From Sphaerodactylus townsendi (taxonomy: Eukaryota), in assembly GCF_021028975.2 (NCBI RefSeq), contig NC_059432.1, positions 68,386,001 to 68,450,000 on the forward strand: DNA of 64,000 bases, read 5' to 3'. The position numbers were made by a program, and so were the translations under genes. Below, piece after piece: positions 58,401 through 64,000 of the stretch. A model generated the notes under the pieces. It was given only the letters and a program-made list of their open reading frames with translations, was not told the DNA's origin and searched no databases. The stretch's first letter is position 1; every line of letters begins with the position of its first letter.

Positions 58401-61400
58401 TCCATCTCACCCAATCAAATTGTATCCCTCAGGCCCAGCCTAGTCCAGCAACTACTGCACAGTGTAGCCAGAGTTTTCCCAGGGAGAATCTGCCAGAAGG
58501 AGGGAAAGCTGAAGACAAGGGAGCAGGTAAAGGTTGTTTGGCTGGTGGCTGGGCAGGAAGAAAAGAAGGGGGCAGGGAAAGTAGAGAGACTGTGGAGGCT
58601 GCCAGGGAAGATAAAGAGCAGAGGGGAATACAGGGGCGATGACACGTCTTCCCACAAGTCCTTGCAGGGCACCTGATTGTACCAATGTAATTATTTATGT
58701 TAGTTAATTGTTTTAAAAAGAAAAAAAACTTTTAAAAAATCACCTCTCCCAGGTATACAAGGAGGCATGGCTGCCATAGGGATCATGGCAGTGAAAATGT
58801 GAGGAAACCCACCATATGGTTGCCCCGTTCCAGATGCACTGCACTGGTAGTAACAGTTAAAGTGAGGAAACTCCAAAGTGCAGGTGCTGTGTGGAACAGA
58901 CCATTGACTTATGGACTAAATAGTCACTCCTGTTGATCTATGCATGTTCTTAGTTCCTCAGCCATCTGCTATATTGAGACAGACTCCTATTCTCTTTTGT
59001 GACCTACAGGTACCACTGTGGACATTGTGGAGGTGGAGTGCTATGATCCATACAATGACAGCTGGTGTTTTGTCAGCCCTGCCCTGAAATATGTCAGCAA
59101 CTTTTCAATAGCTGGGTGTCTCGGAAAGTTGTACCTCATAGGCTCTTGTGCTGTCAAATACAATGCATTAACTCTGCAGTGTTATAGCCCCGCTACAGGT
59201 GAGAAGGAACAGAGAAGGCCTTGCCTGATGACAGGCTTTTTGTAAAGCCAAGGTTACTAAGCAGCTTTGCAAAAGGGCATTTCTTTCTGTTGTTCAAAGC
59301 TGCAACAGGTAACCAGAAGATTTTTGGATGGCTGAGGGTTGTAGAGCTGGAAGGTCATAGGACACAGTCAGACGGCTGAATGGTACATGAAATGGGGGAA
59401 GGGAAGCCCATAGAAGGTTTCTAAAGACAAGGGTGAGTTATTGCCACTCCAGCTACTGAGAAGAAAGCCACTGAGAACCACTGTTTCCATTCATAAGAAG
59501 ACCCCATCCTTGGATTTGTATCTTGACCAAATTAAAGTATCATGGATATAATGCTGAGAATAGGGGCGTAACTACCTTGGGGAAAGTCAGGCCTCTTACT
59601 CTGGGTGCCAGTGGCCTGGAGGCACACTGGCTGCTTCCCGTGCCCCCATCAGAGCTTCACTTTGGGCACCAAATTAAGGCTGTGCAGGTCAGGTCAGTTT
59701 CAGGCTTGTCTGCACCTCGGGGCAGCAACTGCTGAAATGAGGGCCAGAGAGAGGCAGTCACCAAGACCCATTTGGCTGGCTGCTGCAGCTGGTGAAGGTG
59801 GAGGGCGCAGCAGCAAAACAGGGGATGGGGGGTGCATGCCCCTCTTGCTCCCTCCTGGCACCACCTGCCTGCTTGTCTGCCTGCCTGCCTCTGGTGCTGC
59901 AACTGGCTACCTGTCCTCTTCTTGGCTCACCAACACTCACCAACACTCACAATCGACTTTGGGATTAAAACCCACTGGTTGGGAAATAAAATTAGACAAG
60001 GCTGCTGCAGAAATTTTGGCAAATGCCTTCACCAATAGTGGTGGAATAGAATCAAAGGTCTTTAATTCTATTCCACTATAATGAAAATCCAAAATATAGA
60101 GTTGTGGTCTTTCTCACTTTTCATCTATCTCTCCTTTCTCTCTTTTCATCTTTCTCTCATTCTCTTTCCATCTATCTCTCCATCTATCTCCATCTTTACT
60201 TCTTTTCATCTATCTCTCCTTTCTCTCTTTTCATCTTTCTCTCATTCTCTTTCCATCTATCTCTCCATCTATCTCCATCTTTACTTCTTTTTCCGTTTCT
60301 TTCCCTTTCCAGAACTGCAGATCCTATCTTTCCCAGAACATCATAACTTTATAATCAATGTTATTAGATCTCAAGAGCTCCTCATACAACCTTGACAGGA
60401 TTTTCTTTTCCAATACTGGGGAAGAATTATAAGAACTTGTTGGTATTTGCAAGTGTCTGTCACAATTCAGTTACTAAAGGGTTATATAAATAAGCTGCTG
60501 AGGTCACTGTTCCATGATCTGGTTTATTGATTAGCCATTGGTGAGCCAGACCACCATTGCTTACATGTTAGTAAGCACAGATATCTAAAGTTATAAAGTT
60601 ACCTGTTTTCTTTGTTCATAGCACATGCTCAGAGCCATGAGGCGCGATAGCAGATAGAAAGCAAGATTTAGTCCTAGATTGTAATTACTACTGTAAATAT
60701 GCAACAGAGCAGTACAGCATCTGTTATTTTATTCCATGTAACCCTTCCTTTAAGCTAGTAAACTATTTTTATACAAAAAGCAACTCAAAGTATCTCTGGC
60801 TATCTCTGCTACTAAGTATCTCTATTGAATATATTTACCTACAGAACTGTTTTCTTTGGGAGGGCGGAAGAATTATGACGGGGAGATGATCAATAATTGA
60901 AAAAATTCCTTGGAGTAGAGATGTCTACTGTACAGATTATCTTTCTTATGCCAATGCTGCATATGAATGGAGATATGTGTGTGTGGAAGTATTTCAGGGA
61001 ATGGGGAGTGTAGCTTTGATAAAATTATCTTTTAAAAAAGGGTGTTGTGGGGTGCAATTTTAGTTCTTGTCCAGGGTGCCATTTTCTGTAGCTATGCTCC
61101 TGATTGGAAACCCGCTTTTAGACATGAATCACAGGTCTTGCTTATGTCTGTATGTGTTGTATGCTTTTAATTTTATCTGTGATGCATAAGGAGTAAAAAT
61201 TATGAGGTGAATGAAGAAAGGGGTTTTGGTATATGACTTGCTGCACTTGTACTCAGCCCAGACGTTTCTTCTAATTGGTAATACAAATGGTTAGCCTATT
61301 TTTGTAGAAGCTATAGGCTATAGTCTTCCTTATTTTAGCTTGCAGTATTGCTCAAAATGTTTGTTCAACCAATTGTGTATATCCACATATTGCCATGATG

Positions 61401-63419
61401 TCAGCATGTAATTCCAAAGCTTTCCATTTGAAAAACTCTCAGCTACTGTCAAATTACTTCTGGTAGTTCATGAAGGTTTTAAATGCAGTACATGTAACTC
61501 ATGTTCAGATTGTCTGAGAAAACCTGGATAGCAGTCATGGAATAGCTGCATACTGTCGGCTAAACTGCAGCTCTGCCTGTTTTCACCTAATATGATGCTA
61601 TGTAGGAATAATGGTATTCATCAGAATGCCATTTAGGAACTCCTACCCCTTATCTCACTGTGGTATATTCCACAATTGAACATCCTTTAGGACTTCCTGC
61701 ATCTCTGGCTATTTATGTTTACTTTTCACACTGTGCCTCTTTCAACCTGTTAGCTACCAGGCATCTCCCCATTCTCTTTTCTGTTGCTATCAATGAAGAA
61801 TACTGAATTACATTTAGGGATACATAGTCTGCTTTTCTTATTGGTTTCTAATGTGACAAAGGTAGTGGTGGTAATGGGAATGATGCAAGAGAATATGAGT
61901 AGTAGCTACCTGCATGGGGAACACATAGCTCATGTCCTGGCTCATTGCTGAAACAACTGCTGGCTTGATATTCTTGGAAGAATGCTAGATTCCAGCTGCA
62001 GATAGCAGGCAATGTGGTCATCGGGTTTATAACATTATGCGTGGAGTGGAGAAAGGGGATAGAGAGAACATTTTATCCTTCTACCACAAGACAGGAACTC
62101 AAAAGATATTGGTGGGCAAAGTGGAAAAAAGTACTACTTGACACAGTGAGTAATCTCAGCCCCTGGACATAGATGAGATGAAAATAGATGGATTTAAAAG
62201 GAGATTAGTTAGATTCCTGAAGGATACTAACCACAGCTACTAGAAATGGTGACTAAAGGAAACCTCCACACTTAGAGGCAAAGAATGTCTGGACACCCGT
62301 GCTAGGAGGCAGCATCAGAAGAAGGCATTAGTTTCTATGCCATGCTTGTTGACCCTTCCACTGTGTGATACTAATCTGATCCAGCAAATTATATTCTTGT
62401 GAAACTCATGCTATGCTGGGGTTGCCAGGTCCTCCTTGTCCACTGGTGGTGGGGGAATGGGTTTTTTTGTTTTGTTTGCCAGACTCAGGTAGGGAAACCC
62501 TTCGAGATTTGGGGATGGAGTCTGGGGAAAAAATGGATCTCAGGGAGGTACAACGCCACATAGTCCACCCTCCAAAGCATCTATTTTCTCAAGGAGAAAT
62601 GATCTTTGTAATCTGGAGATCTGCTGTAATTCTGGGGGATCCCCCAGCCACATTTCAACTTCAGCAGTGCCACTGCAGGAGTAATGTTTTTTGTTTAGCC
62701 AGAAGGCAGTGCACAGAACAAATAACACTGGGCTGTCAAGATGATCAGAAAATCATATTTAGGGGCTGCTCCTACTCTGGGCCAAACAGATCCATTGCAT
62801 ATTACCTTCCATTAAACATTTAATGTATAAAAACCCAGACGTAGGTCATGCATGGCAGGCAGGTGAAAATGGAAACATCCTGATATCACCATTTTTACAT
62901 GTACACAACTCTACTGATATATCAGGAAACGCTACAAACAACTCAGTGAAACAGGAGTTCAGTAGAACCTTTCAGATTAAAAGAATTCATTAGATTGCTT
63001 CCGAGGAAGTGAATTTACATTGGAATAAATGTTAGTCTTAAGGTGCCATTGGACTCCTTTTTGATTTTGCTTCTACAAACACAGCTAAGCATCTGGAACG
63101 ACCTTTTAAAAAACTGTGACTGAAAAGTCCTTTCAAAACCAACCCCAATCCTTCTCCCTTTCCTATTAAATTATTCTGCCATTTTAATAAGAAACCTTTT
63201 TAATAGGTAAGAATATCAACCTTGCTTAAGGATGCTGAGGTTTTTAATTAAAACAATTGATTTTTTTTTACAGATGTCTGGAGTGTCATTGCCTCTCCTT
63301 TTATCCCCAAATACCTCTCTGCTCCCCGATGTGTCTCTTTGCATGGTGTCATCTATCTTATTGGAGACAACACAAAGAAGGTTTATGTATATGATCCAGA
63401 TGCTAACATATGGCAGAAG
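50657..63419 (+). CDS. KLHL30: Kelch-like protein 30 (BTB-BACK-Kelch), six coding exons, 3' incomplete
   Basis: N-terminus [15 protein letters not shown] is characteristic of KLHL30; position after ESPNL is syntenic; GT-AG introns in consistent phase. Confidence 0.95.
52364..52426. repeat. Compound (TG)n(AG)n microsatellite
   Basis: Seen directly in the sequence. Confidence 0.95.
52648..52816 (+). CDS. KLHL30: KLHL30 coding exon 2
   Basis: [21 protein letters not shown]...[10 protein letters not shown]; 169 nt. Confidence 0.9.
54290..54900 (-). repeat. Unclassified interspersed repeat, copy B
   Basis: Inverted homolog of 20150-20720. Confidence 0.65.
55176..55262 (+). CDS. KLHL30: KLHL30 coding exon 3
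   Basis: [29 protein letters not shown]; 87 nt. Confidence 0.95.
55470..56080 (+). mobile_element. Old L2 ORF2 fragment
   Basis: [39 protein letters not shown] remnants. Confidence 0.7.
56205..56325 (-). mobile_element. Penelope-like element terminal fragment
   Basis: Homologous to the 47.3-47.7 kb element; inverted junction forms a 38-bp palindrome. Confidence 0.75.
56264..56306 (-). ncRNA. Minimal type-I hammerhead ribozyme (Penelope-associated)
   Basis: UCCU-CUGAAGA-U-GCCAGC-CACAGAC-GCAGGC-GAAAC-GUC-AGGA: intact core, stem I UCCU/AGGA, stem II, palindromic ACGU stem III. Confidence 0.7.
56644..56799 (+). CDS. KLHL30: KLHL30 coding exon 4
   Basis: [16 protein letters not shown]...[24 protein letters not shown]; 156 nt. 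Confidence 0.95.
57781..57835. repeat. 30-bp-period tandem duplication
   Basis: AGTTTCTGTACAAACCTAATAGAAG x2. Confidence 0.9.
59010..59198 (+). CDS. KLHL30: KLHL30 coding exon 5
   Basis: [18 protein letters not shown]...ALKYVSNFS...[14 protein letters not shown]; 189 nt. Confidence 0.95.
60118..60291. repeat. 85-bp pyrimidine-rich tandem duplication
   Basis: Unit starting TCATCTATCTCTCC at 60121 recurs at 60206. Confidence 0.9.
62415..62660. mobile_element. Degenerate MITE-like repeat
   Basis: Starts GGGTTGCCA; a partial related piece lies near 58.3-58.4 kb. Confidence 0.4.
63274..63419 (+). CDS. KLHL30: KLHL30 coding exon 6
   Basis: [48 protein letters not shown]; 146 nt. Confidence 0.95.
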
Positions 63420-64000
63420 GTAGGCATGAGTGGGCAAGCTACGATTATTTTAACCCAAAACATAGGGATGGAGGATCAGGCAGGAGTTCACACCTCCAAC
63501 CAGTCATGAAACTCATTGGATGGCCAGTCATGTTATCTCAGCCTAACCCTTCTTCATGGCCCTGTTGTAAGGAACCTGTCTATGTTAAACTATTTTAGTT
63601 TGATTCTTCATAGCTTGAAATGACTAAAATAAAAGTAAGTACTTTGATGTACTAAAAAAGTCAATATTAAAACAAATTAACAACTGGGTATGAAACAATG
63701 AAAATATAGTTAAAATGGGGTTGGGGCGGTGGGAGGCATGTAATTCTATCTTGAGTTCTTTGGTTAAAAGGCCGCATAAAAATGTGCTTTAGCTTTACTA
63801 TGAAAAAAATAAAATAGAGGTCATACCTGATTGATATATGTAGATGTGAATCATCACGTTTCTCCATTGCACATTTGACTGAAAAAGGGCTACTTCCCCA
63901 CAAAATTCTCAAACACAATTTTTGTTTCCAAGTAGGTGGTTTGACCACAGCACAGGGTAAATTACTATACAGCTGTGTGGCCTGTATGTCATAGGCCCCT

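Noticed and set aside
60081-60395. Hydrophobic Ser/Leu/Phe ORFs
   Set aside because: Translation of a pyrimidine-rich tandem repeat.
59561-61103. Single 1.5-kb DNA transposon bounded by AGGGGCGTAACTAC and GTAGCTATGCTCCTG
   Set aside because: The termini match only loosely and no TSD was found.
1-64000. CRISPR arrays or prokaryotic/viral operons
   Set aside because: Intron-exon vertebrate DNA with no regularly spaced repeat-spacer arrays and no intact viral ORFs.

Overview
Eukaryotic DNA from a squamate reptile, probably a gecko, judged from Squam3-type and 5S-Sauria SINEs plus BovB, L2 and Penelope repeats. The window is syntenic to the human SCLY-ESPNL-KLHL30 locus. On the + strand it holds a complete 12-coding-exon SCLY (445 aa), an ESPNL locus, and the first six coding exons of KLHL30 (the last exon lies beyond the window). 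Two things stand out. (1) ESPNL looks half-decayed: its five ankyrin-repeat exons survive only as frameshifted, collapsed remnants at about 32.2-33.5 kb, while exons 8-9, and probably exon 7, are open and splice in frame to a ~600 aa ankyrin-less protein. (2) Head-to-head with SCLY, across a CpG-island promoter with nine CCAAT boxes, is an intact spliced 291-aa ORF resembling the N-terminal region of a DNA transposase, followed by a decayed C2H2 zinc-finger array. Introns and UTRs carry nested LINEs, a young hAT MITE, a Helitron, LTR fragments and a Penelope fragment with an intact minimal hammerhead ribozyme. All homology calls come from recalled protein motifs; no database search was run.
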